Of a stretch of 31,588 nucleotides of DNA, positions 1-7,273 are shown in pieces (positions within the stretch are counted from its first letter, which is position 1; each line of letters begins with the position of its first letter). The notes under the pieces were generated by a model, which did no database searches, was not told the origin of the DNA, and saw nothing but the letters and a program-made list of their open reading frames with translations. This DNA comes from a virus (taxonomy: Duplodnaviria; Caudoviricetes), in IMG/VR virus record IMGVR_UViG_3300005663_000148, positions 1 to 31,588 of that record; one strand, 5' to 3'. Position numbers and translations under genes: made by a program.

Positions 1-162
1 GAGCACGATTCTGCACTTACTATATTGCGTCTCAAAAAAGAAGCGCAAGAAAATGCTTTGTTAGAATGTTTAGAGCCCGTTAAAGAAGCATATTCGGAAA
101 GTTATACTCCTCTACAACGGCGTGTACTTTTAGCGACGGTTATCGAATATATCACAAGATAA
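1..162 (+). CDS. hypothetical protein, 5'-truncated
   Basis: Frame 1 is open from base 1 (EHDSALTILRLKKE...IEYITR) to TAA at 160-162; read manually, not in the ORF track. Confidence 0.55.
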   Translation, partial: EHDSALTILRLKKEAQENALLECLEPVKEAYSESYTPLQRRVLLATVIEYITR

Positions 163-170
163 TAAATATT

Positions 171-281
171 ATGCGAAAATTATTTAACTTCCTTTGGGCT
201 TGGTCCACGGTACGATTTCTTTTAGCCATGCTCATTGGTTATTATCTAGCTGAAATTACAAGGAGCCTAGGATTCTTATGA
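171..281 (+). CDS. 36-aa small membrane protein
   Basis: MRKLFNFLWAWSTVRFLLAMLIGYYLAEITRSLGFL; hydrophobic; its TGA overlaps the next ATG (ATGA at 278-281). Confidence 0.55.
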   Translation: MRKLFNFLWAWSTVRFLLAMLIGYYLAEITRSLGFL

Positions 282-703
282 CTGAAAATGAAGACATATA
301 TAAAATTACTGCGTCAAAAATTTACGGCGTACCTGTTGAAGAAGTAACAGAAGAACAACGTCAAAAAGCAAAAGCGATAAGTTTTGGATATTTATATCAA
401 AGTTTACCTGAAGACGCAATACAAATAGCTCGTGATGAATTGATAAATACACTTTCAAAGATGACTGGAGCAATGGAAAGAGCAAACGAAGCGATGTTCC
501 AACACTTTGCGGAATGGTTTGAAGAGCTAATTGAACTAATAAAACCCATAGTGATTATATTTCAACGAGCTTATTTGTACTCACAATTGTCGAAATATTT
601 ACCGGATAAATTAGCGATATTTATATCCGAAAAATGTCCTGTTCGGTGGCTACCCACAATTACGGAAAAACGGGTACATTCATTACAAGAGGAGTTAGAG
701 TGA
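278..703 (+). CDS. small protein with an N-terminal DNA polymerase A fingers (helix N/O, motif B) fragment
   Basis: DIYKITASKIYGVPVEEVTEEQRQKAKAISFGYLY matches the PolA pattern DIHxxTAxxxFGVPxEEVTxEQRxxAKAINFGxxY; AAGGAG upstream. Confidence 0.7.
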   Translation: MTENEDIYKITASKIYGVPVEEVTEEQRQKAKAISFGYLYQSLPEDAIQIARDELINTLSKMTGAMERANEAMFQHFAEWFEELIELIKPIVIIFQRAYLYSQLSKYLPDKLAIFISEKCPVRWLPTITEKRVHSLQEELE

Positions 704-993
704 GAAAACCACTAGATATTCGTCGAAATATAACCAGACAAAGCACATATCGAAATCGATTAGATCTTATTGAAAATAAGATTGCAAATGTAATCGATAC
801 GGTATGTGAAGATTGCCCACAAAATATTGAAGATACATGCCGTGCATTCAATGTTCCGCACAGTGATGAAGAACGTGTGCAACGTTCACAATTAACAGTT
901 AGCGGTAAGACGCAAAACTGTATGGATCAAACTGTTTTGGATAAATGCTACACTAAATACAGATTACGAGATGAGGAGCGAAAAAATGAGTGA
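700..993 (+). CDS. hypothetical Cys-rich protein
   Basis: GTG at 700 overlaps the upstream TGA (GTGA) with GAGGAG RBS; CEDC plus further Cys residues. Confidence 0.6.
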   Translation: MRKPLDIRRNITRQSTYRNRLDLIENKIANVIDTVCEDCPQNIEDTCRAFNVPHSDEERVQRSQLTVSGKTQNCMDQTVLDKCYTKYRLRDEERKNE

Positions 994-1474
994 AAATATT
1001 TCAGTCAGTTCATTAAACATTCCGTGGACAAAAGTTACAGACTTGAACATCATTTGGCCTCAAACTCAACGAATGCCAAGGCCATATGAAGAGGTTAATC
1101 TAGCAAAATTCATGCAACTAATGTTTCTATCTGAGTACTCTTTACGAGGCATTCATTTTGCTTCTCTTTATATTAACGTTCCAGACGACGAAGCAATCAA
1201 ACATGATAGAGACCAATTATGGGATGTCAATTTTTACTGGTTCCCCTCTTACGGTGTAGCAAATGCGTCACTATCGACCTATATGCGACAACAAATTGGC
1301 ACTGAACTCGGTATATTTATACCAGAACAAGGAGAAGCAGTTGATGGACATATCATGCGTTTCTTCCACATCGGTTGCAAACATGTAGATGAAACATACA
1401 GCTCTAATCCTATGTATGTAAAGAAAACAATTTGCAACTCTTGCGGCATGACTCGTAATTACGATAGCTCATAA
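986..1474 (+). CDS. hypothetical protein with C-terminal Zn-ribbon-like motif
   Basis: ATG at 986 preceded by GAGGAG; CKH...CNSCG at the C-terminus. Confidence 0.65.
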   Translation: MSENISVSSLNIPWTKVTDLNIIWPQTQRMPRPYEEVNLAKFMQLMFLSEYSLRGIHFASLYINVPDDEAIKHDRDQLWDVNFYWFPSYGVANASLSTYMRQQIGTELGIFIPEQGEAVDGHIMRFFHIGCKHVDETYSSNPMYVKKTICNSCGMTRNYDSS

Positions 1475-1502
1475 AGATGAGAACAAACATTCGCCTACAC
1501 CC

Positions 1503-1531
1503 TTTACACGCGAGATGATTTATGGTATACT
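1503..1531 (+). promoter_or_regulatory. sigma70-type promoter
   Basis: TTTACA (1503-1508), 17-bp spacer, extended -10 TGgTATACT (1523-1531), upstream of AGGAG RBS and the ATG at 1582. Confidence 0.7.
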
Positions 1532-1581
1532 TATTATAGTAAAGAATTTTAATCTTGCCAACAAAAAGGAGACAATAAAAG

Positions 1582-2064
1582 ATGGCAGAAAAATCCACCG
1601 CGATTGCGGACAAAGCAAAAAAGAAAGAAAGTACACGTCGTAAGTTCCGGGACGAAAACTGGACGGAAGAGCAGGTTATTGCTCGACGTGCGAAACTAAC
1701 CGTAAAGGAACTTCCTGAAGGTTGGATTAAACTCGCACATGTAGCAGACGTCTTTCGCGAGAAGAAAATTGCAGTTTCTCGCCTTGTGCGTGCGACTGGC
1801 GGTGACAGAGGTATGTATCCGCCCAAGGATCCAGTTTTCCGGATCGTATACTTCAATGGCGCACGTTACTTGCATCCAGATGTCCTTACCGCAGGTATCA
1901 GTCTTATGGCTGATCCAAACTACGGTAAAGTTCCCCGCAAAAAGAAAGCCAAAACAGACAAAGCAGCGAGCAAAACTTCGAAAAAGAAAGCTGCTCCGCA
2001 AGCGAAGAAAGCCACGGTTAAATCCGTTGGACGTCCGAGTCCTCTTCAAGGACAAAAAGGTTAG
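1582..2064 (+). CDS. basic nucleic-acid-binding protein with Lys/Ala-rich histone H1-like tail
   Basis: Strong AAAGGAG RBS; K/R-rich N-terminus; KKKAKTDKAASKTSKKKAAPQAKKATVK tail. Confidence 0.7.
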   Translation: MAEKSTAIADKAKKKESTRRKFRDENWTEEQVIARRAKLTVKELPEGWIKLAHVADVFREKKIAVSRLVRATGGDRGMYPPKDPVFRIVYFNGARYLHPDVLTAGISLMADPNYGKVPRKKKAKTDKAASKTSKKKAAPQAKKATVKSVGRPSPLQGQKG

Positions 2065-2150
2065 GCTATTCATTCAATGGTTCTTGGGGTTTTTTTACCT
2101 TCCTTTCCCCATCTGGTTTGCGCCAAAGAACTGTTGAATTTAAGCGCCGA

Positions 2151-2216
2151 TGGGCAGCGGCATATAAAATCTACCGATCTATCATGTGCAGATCATCAGT
2201 TGTGGTAGACTGCCCA
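2151..2216 (+). ncRNA. putative structured RNA element (nested stems)
   Basis: TGGGCAG/CTGCCCA, TCTACC/GGTAGA and GATCT/AGATC nested complementary segments in an intergenic region. Confidence 0.4.
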
Positions 2217-2327
2217 AAACTTTATTTATTACACCGAGGACAGAATGTAAAGTGTAGGTGTGATAAAATTCGATCTAGTCCTAGACTAGCATAAGATCAA
2301 TGCAAAGTCACGACAATAAGATCGAAG

Positions 2328-2395
2328 TTTGTCAGAGGTGCAATGGAAGCACACTACAATAGGTAGAGGTGCAGGTTCGAGTCCTGCCTGACAAA
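2328..2395 (+). ncRNA. tRNA-like element with truncated anticodon arm
   Basis: Acceptor TTTGTCAG/CTGACAAA, D arm GTGC-AATGGAA-GCAC, short arm CTAC-AATAG-GTAG, variable AGGT, T arm GCAGG-TTCGAGT-CCTGC; no encoded CCA. Confidence 0.7.
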
Positions 2396-2398
2396 TTT

Positions 2399-2496
2399 CT
2401 TGGACATGCTATTTCACTAACCGTATCTGGCAGTTCGGGCTTATAGACATGTTCAAGTTCTGGGGCAAGCTGGATAGTTGGTATCTTGCTTGCCCC
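2399..2496 (+). ncRNA. two consecutive long hairpins
   Basis: CTTGGACATG-CTAT...ATAG-A-CATGTTCAAG (2399-2457) and GGGGCAAGC-T-GGATA...TATCT-T-GCTTGCCCC (2462-2496); the G-U pairs favour a + strand transcript. Confidence 0.45.
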
Positions 2497-2525
2497 TATG
2501 ACTATATACAAAAGGAGGCTCTAGT

Positions 2526-2795
2526 ATGTCATACATTCAATTTCAACCAAAAGAAGATATAACTGCATTTGAAGTAGCTAACTGCGTCAATATTGTTGCT
2601 TGGGGTTTAGGTGAGGCTATTCAGCGAGGTCACGCAAAAGAGTGGTCGATGGAGAAAATTTTTCCTGGTTATACTGTAAACTATATGACTGAACTGATTG
2701 AGAAGTTTCATCTAGAACGTCACTTTGAAATTTCCCCTGGCGAGCAACCAATTATTGTAGAAGTAAAAAGAGGCAACTGGCTAGAATCTACATAA
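2526..2795 (+). CDS. hypothetical protein
   Basis: AAGGAGG RBS; TAATG coupling to the next gene. Confidence 0.7.
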   Translation: MSYIQFQPKEDITAFEVANCVNIVAWGLGEAIQRGHAKEWSMEKIFPGYTVNYMTELIEKFHLERHFEISPGEQPIIVEVKRGNWLEST

Positions 2796-3070
2796 TGGAC
2801 ACACCACGAAGCCTAATCTTTAAATATTACAACAGAGCAAAAGAACAAACAAAACCGGGAGGAAAATTAGAAAAAGGTCGTGTCAATCGTGCCTTGGGTC
2901 TCTGCTTGTCTAAAGAGCGGTACGACTTAATGCTCAAGAAATACCAAACGACCGTTATTGACTGTACTTGCCCGGATAGAACACATAGGGTCTATTGGTG
3001 CAAGCACCGAGTGGCTGTTGGCATTATGTATCGCGTAAAACAAGACATTCAAAAGCAGTGGTTGCAATGA
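2795..3070 (+). CDS. SWIM zinc-finger protein
   Basis: CTCPD...CKH motif (CxC-x-CxH). Confidence 0.75.
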   Translation: MDTPRSLIFKYYNRAKEQTKPGGKLEKGRVNRALGLCLSKERYDLMLKKYQTTVIDCTCPDRTHRVYWCKHRVAVGIMYRVKQDIQKQWLQ

Positions 3071-3552
3071 GAGAAATAATACTTACTCAGGGAAAAGTCT
3101 CATTAGTAGATGATAAAGACTACAAGTGGCTAAATGAATACAAATGGTATGCGCATAAAGATGGATATACTTATTATGCTGTTAGGAATAGATCTATTTG
3201 GACAGATGGAGTTGGACCTGGATTAATATCTATACATAGAGTAATCTTAAAAGCTAAAAAAGGAGAAATATGCGATCATATAGATAGAAACGGATTAAAT
3301 AACCGACGAAGTAATTTACAGATTGTTTCGGCTAGAAAAAACAGTTTAAATAGTCGCCTTTCGAAGAGCAATACTTCTGGGTTTAAAGGTGTGTATTATG
3401 TTGGTTTAGATATTAATTTAAACGAGCGATGGACAGCACAAATAATAATAAATGGAATTCATAAATATATAGATGTTTTTGCAACGCCGGAAGAAGCACA
3501 TGAAGCTCGTCAAATTTATTTAGAACAATATGAAGAAAGTATTGCACAATGA
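3067..3552 (+). CDS. HNH endonuclease with AP2 DNA-binding domain
   Basis: ICDHIDRNGLNNRRSNL HNH motif; NTSGFKGV...WTAQI...F.TPEEA AP2-like domain; ATGA coupling at 3067. Confidence 0.9.
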   Translation: MREIILTQGKVSLVDDKDYKWLNEYKWYAHKDGYTYYAVRNRSIWTDGVGPGLISIHRVILKAKKGEICDHIDRNGLNNRRSNLQIVSARKNSLNSRLSKSNTSGFKGVYYVGLDINLNERWTAQIIINGIHKYIDVFATPEEAHEARQIYLEQYEESIAQ

Positions 3553-4028
3553 AAAATCCATTATTTTTCATAGGCGTACTTGCTTCAATTTTAATAGGCT
3601 GTACCCCTAAAATACCCTTAACAGCAATTCACTATAAGCCTGTACCCCCTCTAACGAAGCCACCACGCTTCGAGTCCGCTGTTAACCCTATGGTAACGCA
3701 TACAAGCCCAATTAGAAGCGCCACGGCGCAATGGGCGGCACAAGAGGAAATACAAGTAAGTTCAGACTACATAACCGACTTAAATGAAGTTTTTGCTGTG
3801 GGCAAAGAAGCATTGCAAACAGGTATCGAAAATATGAGTTGGCCTAAGCGGGTCGCATTGTATGCTCAACTTGAACATATGGTTACGCTCACAACAAATC
3901 AAAAGTTACAAGCACAAACAGAACGACTTTTAGTTGACTTTAAAATAGGGCTGGAGTTAATAGATGAGCGTACTGTCAAAAAAGCACTGGAGAATATACG
4001 GAAAATACGAGAAATGATCAACGACTAA
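3549..4028 (+). CDS. putative lipoprotein
   Basis: MKNPLFFIGVLASILIGC signal peptide with lipobox Cys, Pro-rich linker, helical C-terminus. Confidence 0.7.
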   Translation: MKNPLFFIGVLASILIGCTPKIPLTAIHYKPVPPLTKPPRFESAVNPMVTHTSPIRSATAQWAAQEEIQVSSDYITDLNEVFAVGKEALQTGIENMSWPKRVALYAQLEHMVTLTTNQKLQAQTERLLVDFKIGLELIDERTVKKALENIRKIREMIND

Positions 4029-4045
4029 AACTATATCAGTAATAT

Positions 4046-4339
4046 CTAGGGATCAACAATTTGTATTTCCTGCATTAACATCCAAGATAAATTTTTAGAT
4101 ACAACGTCGTCAAGATATTTATCATTAACATACCTTTCTATTCTAGGATATTGAACCTGGAATCGTTCTACATATTCACAATGCGAACATTTATGTAGAT
4201 ATAAATACTGTTCAACATCTTCTCCCTGCAACATTGTACGGAAAGATAAAAGTGAATCATAATTCATCCATCCCTTTTCGCATTCATCACAACGAAAACG
4301 AATTAGTTTTTCTTCAATTACATTGCTTTGTATCGACAT
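4046..4339 (-). CDS. zinc-ribbon hypothetical protein
   Basis: CDEC...CSHC; GAAGG RBS. Confidence 0.65.
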   Translation of the reverse strand: MSIQSNVIEEKLIRFRCDECEKGWMNYDSLLSFRTMLQGEDVEQYLYLHKCSHCEYVERFQVQYPRIERYVNDKYLDDVVSKNLSWMLMQEIQIVDP

Positions 4340-4342
4340 ATT

Positions 4343-4918
4343 TTACCTTCCTTCGTCTGCGTAAGCATTTCTTTCCATAAAATGGAACGGTTCACAAACT
4401 CCAGTGCTGTAATAAGCAGCGATTTCAAGAGCTTTCTCAACTTTTTCCCGACCATTAAATGCAGGGTCAAATTGCATAGCCTTCAAAGCAGCTAATGCAT
4501 AACTTTCGCCACAGCCAACGACATCAAAGCCATCTGTATAAATACCCACTTGCATATCATTATTTATATGATAGATATTGTGTCTGAATACAACCAAGAA
4601 CTCACCCATATATTCATTTTCATTCTCTTTATACATGTATCCATATTCTTTAAGGCAAGATCTAACTTCCGGTATAAATTGAGTTACCATATATCGATGA
4701 TTTGCTCTATAATCATTAAGTCCAGGTTTTGTTTCAACTGTTAAATGATATCGTAGAATTTGCCCCATCCTTATGGAACCTGTAGTTCCAATAACAAATC
4801 TACCAAGCGAGAACACTTTGGCGAATCCCATTTTTCGTATAGCTTGACCGCTAATAGATGCACTATCCCAACCAAGATAAACTATACCTTCTTCTTTATA
4901 TGCTATTACACAGGTCAC
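4343..4918 (-). CDS. HslV/proteasome beta-like Ntn peptidase
   Basis: GTG at 4918 after AAAGGAG gives M-TCVIAY...GWDS with an N-terminal Thr nucleophile; VGCGESYALAAL and ALEIAAYYSTGVCEPF motifs. Confidence 0.8.
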   Translation of the reverse strand: MTCVIAYKEEGIVYLGWDSASISGQAIRKMGFAKVFSLGRFVIGTTGSIRMGQILRYHLTVETKPGLNDYRANHRYMVTQFIPEVRSCLKEYGYMYKENENEYMGEFLVVFRHNIYHINNDMQVGIYTDGFDVVGCGESYALAALKAMQFDPAFNGREKVEKALEIAAYYSTGVCEPFHFMERNAYADEGR

Positions 4919-5286
4919 GTCGACTCCTTTTCCAACTCTCTTTGCTTTGCTAAAATTTGTCCGAGCATTGCTCGCGAGCCAGTACTCGATTTCCAAGTTT
5001 TGAACCACTGAAACAATTCGGGATTATTCAGATCAACGGCCTCGGTTAATGCAATAAATTCTTTGTGACTTGCAAAACCTCGTTCACGTGCTCTTTCGTC
5101 GAGAGAAATTGGTGCAATCTCTTTACGAATTTCTTGTACGAGTGCATCAGTGGACACGGGTGGATTTCCAATAGGATTATTGAACCACGAAGCCCAGGCT
5201 ATAGCTTGACGCTCAAGTATAGATTGCTTCATAGCTGACTTTTCTTCTAATTTACTAACAAATTCAAGAATTTCAAATCCACTCAT
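4915..5286 (-). CDS. hypothetical protein
   Basis: ATG at 5286 (MSGFEILE) after AAGGAG; its TGA overlaps the next GTG. Confidence 0.65.
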   Translation of the reverse strand: MSGFEILEFVSKLEEKSAMKQSILERQAIAWASWFNNPIGNPPVSTDALVQEIRKEIAPISLDERARERGFASHKEFIALTEAVDLNNPELFQWFKTWKSSTGSRAMLGQILAKQRELEKEST

Positions 5287-5360
5287 CGTATTTTTCTCCT
5301 TGGGTAATTTTTTGTACCGCCAGGTAAACCATACATCAACACAGCCAAACAGCACCGCTA

Positions 5361-5386
5361 TACGCTTCCCTAGGCTTCTAATTGGG
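5361..5386 (-). repeat. 26-bp intergenic repeat, copy A
   Basis: TACGCTTCCCTAGGCTTCTAATTGGG; 25/26 identical to 8450-8475. Confidence 0.85.
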
Positions 5387-5455
5387 CATAACCTATACCA
5401 TACTACCTATAGGTTACGCCCCAAAACTGCGCAATCTCAACCACATGCTCTTCAT

Positions 5456-6283
5456 TTACAACACACATTGTTCGGGCGTTTTGTCGTCACGCCAGGGAGT
5501 ATCTTCTCTTCTACTCAATGATGGGTGTCTCAAAGCACCACTTGCAAACAGTCGGTATCCAGTAGCAACAAACACTTTACCGATGAAGTCTTTCTGGTTC
5601 TGCCAAAAATTCTGACGTTCAATTTCCACCAATCCGGCCACGTTGCACACCTGGGTGAGCTCGTCGTCAACATATAGACCGGCTTTTACACTACCTGCCA
5701 TTCCTTTGTATTTCCCGCTTCCTTCATTAAAGCCCAGACAAACATAATCGACCGTGAAAGTGCGTTTGATCCTACCCCAATTTTTACCATAAGCGTCGTT
5801 GGAATTTTTGAATACCACTCCCTCATAATCGTTATCTTCAACCCAATTCTTCCAAATATAATCCGTCCGACTAATATCCCACTGCGGGCAAATTTGAAAC
5901 CAACTCCACTCTTGACCATGGAGGAGATTGAATACCTCCAACTCCGCTCGTCTTTCGCGTAAAGGGCTATCACGAAGATTGTTGTCAGCATACTCGATAA
6001 TGTCGAATGCCCTGAACTGACCGCTTACGCTGTGCTTGATAGCCCAATTACTGCCGAACATATATTCACCAAGTATCATAATGTCAGAAACATTATCGCC
6101 AAGAGTGGGGAACACTTTCCTCCAATCACCACTAGGGCCGTAAATCCGCATATCGCCAGCTTTTATTCCAAGCACCGCCCACATACCATCTTGTTTAAGC
6201 TCCACTAGATCGAATCTGCTACGATCACTGTCAGCAGTCATATCAATAAATCTTGGTCGAGCAACTTTCAGTTTATATTCCAT
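5456..6283 (-). CDS. ATP-dependent DNA ligase (minimal NTase + OB domains)
   Basis: ELKQDG (motif I), GEY, AFDII, YEGVVFK, RIKR, GSGKYKGMAGS and LRHPS motifs. Confidence 0.9.
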   Translation of the reverse strand: MEYKLKVARPRFIDMTADSDRSRFDLVELKQDGMWAVLGIKAGDMRIYGPSGDWRKVFPTLGDNVSDIMILGEYMFGSNWAIKHSVSGQFRAFDIIEYADNNLRDSPLRERRAELEVFNLLHGQEWSWFQICPQWDISRTDYIWKNWVEDNDYEGVVFKNSNDAYGKNWGRIKRTFTVDYVCLGFNEGSGKYKGMAGSVKAGLYVDDELTQVCNVAGLVEIERQNFWQNQKDFIGKVFVATGYRLFASGALRHPSLSRREDTPWRDDKTPEQCVL

Positions 6284-6297
6284 TGTGTAACCTCCAG

Positions 6298-6534
6298 TTA
6301 TTCATTTCTCAACATACATTCAAGCCATTGTACCGCAACGGCAGCGACATGAATCAATTCTGTCCTCGTCATTCCCGCCGCACGACCACCGAATTCGTCA
6401 TGCAAAATCGATTGCGAAAGTTCGCCTACTTCCTCAGTTAAAATAGCAAGCCAACGATAATTATCATGATTTTGTTGACCCCATTTATCTTCTTGCCTTT
6501 GTCGTTCTTTTTGTATTGTCTCGAATATGTCCAT
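6298..6534 (-). CDS. MazG-like NTP pyrophosphohydrolase
   Basis: ERQRQEDKWGQQNH...ILTEEVGELSQ...ELIHVAAVAVQW; likely ATG at 6534. Confidence 0.8.
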   Translation of the reverse strand: MDIFETIQKERQRQEDKWGQQNHDNYRWLAILTEEVGELSQSILHDEFGGRAAGMTRTELIHVAAVAVQWLECMLRNE

Positions 6535-6535
6535 T

Positions 6536-6841
6536 TTACTTTTGAACTTTCTTGTATAAATCGTATAAAGCCATATTAGGATCATCCCCGTGACCAATAC
6601 ATTCTTCATGCTCTACAGCTGTAATGAATCTTGTATGCACTAATTTACTCGCATTTATCTCTTCTGGTATTTCGGTATCAAGGCATAAAAATGCGAGCCA
6701 TTTACCGCCATATTCCCAATGTTTATAACCAGTCACAAGGTGATTGCGAATTATCGTTACGGGCGCAATATCATTAGATGTATGGACTTTATTCTGTAAA
6801 TTCTCAACATATCGCTCAAAAATTTTTGTATAGTTGCTCAT
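6536..6841 (-). CDS. hypothetical protein
   Basis: AGGAG RBS; tightly packed in the operon. Confidence 0.6.
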   Translation of the reverse strand: MSNYTKIFERYVENLQNKVHTSNDIAPVTIIRNHLVTGYKHWEYGGKWLAFLCLDTEIPEEINASKLVHTRFITAVEHEECIGHGDDPNMALYDLYKKVQK

Positions 6842-6856
6842 GGAATACTCCTAAAA

Positions 6857-7273
6857 TTATAAGTAGTCGCGTTTTTCTAATTCCTTTCGCCAAAATTTTA
6901 CAAAAGATTCGATCTGCTCGAAAGAGCAAATATGAAAACGAATGAACTCTTCTGAATTATCTATAGGAAACTCACCATCACTACAAATAACCCATTCCAA
7001 GCAACCATCGGCTTCTTCTGTAAACCACATATGAGTATAGTATCCACCAACTTGAAAACCAAATTGAGGATTTACTTTTTCGCACTTAAGCATATCATCT
7101 AAAGTGTGTATTTCCGAATTATCAACATTCAAGCTACATTCATACGCCCATCCACGCCCCTGAATGACCGTAGGATTACAACTATTCTGGCACTTAAAGC
7201 ATCCAGATCCTTCGAGTGGACCCATAGCATGGAGTTTACGCAGATCTTTAATAAATTCTTCTTGCTCGGTCAT
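6857..7273 (-). CDS. hypothetical Cys-containing protein
   Basis: GAGGAG RBS, ATGA coupling, CFKCQNSC. Confidence 0.6.
   Translation of the reverse strand: MTEQEEFIKDLRKLHAMGPLEGSGCFKCQNSCNPTVIQGRGWAYECSLNVDNSEIHTLDDMLKCEKVNPQFGFQVGGYYTHMWFTEEADGCLEWVICSDGEFPIDNSEEFIRFHICSFEQIESFVKFWRKELEKRDYL

Noticed and set aside
1-993. Split second DNA polymerase around the O-helix ORF
   Set aside because: The flanking ORFs lack motif A, motif C and exonuclease motifs
1410-2137. ORFs 1410-1856(-), 1696-2073(-) and 1769-2137(+)
   Set aside because: They overlap the promoter- and RBS-supported 1582-2064 gene and show no recognisable features
2328-2395. Functional tRNA gene
   Set aside because: The anticodon arm is only 13 nt with a 5-nt loop, so no anticodon can be assigned; kept as tRNA-like ncRNA
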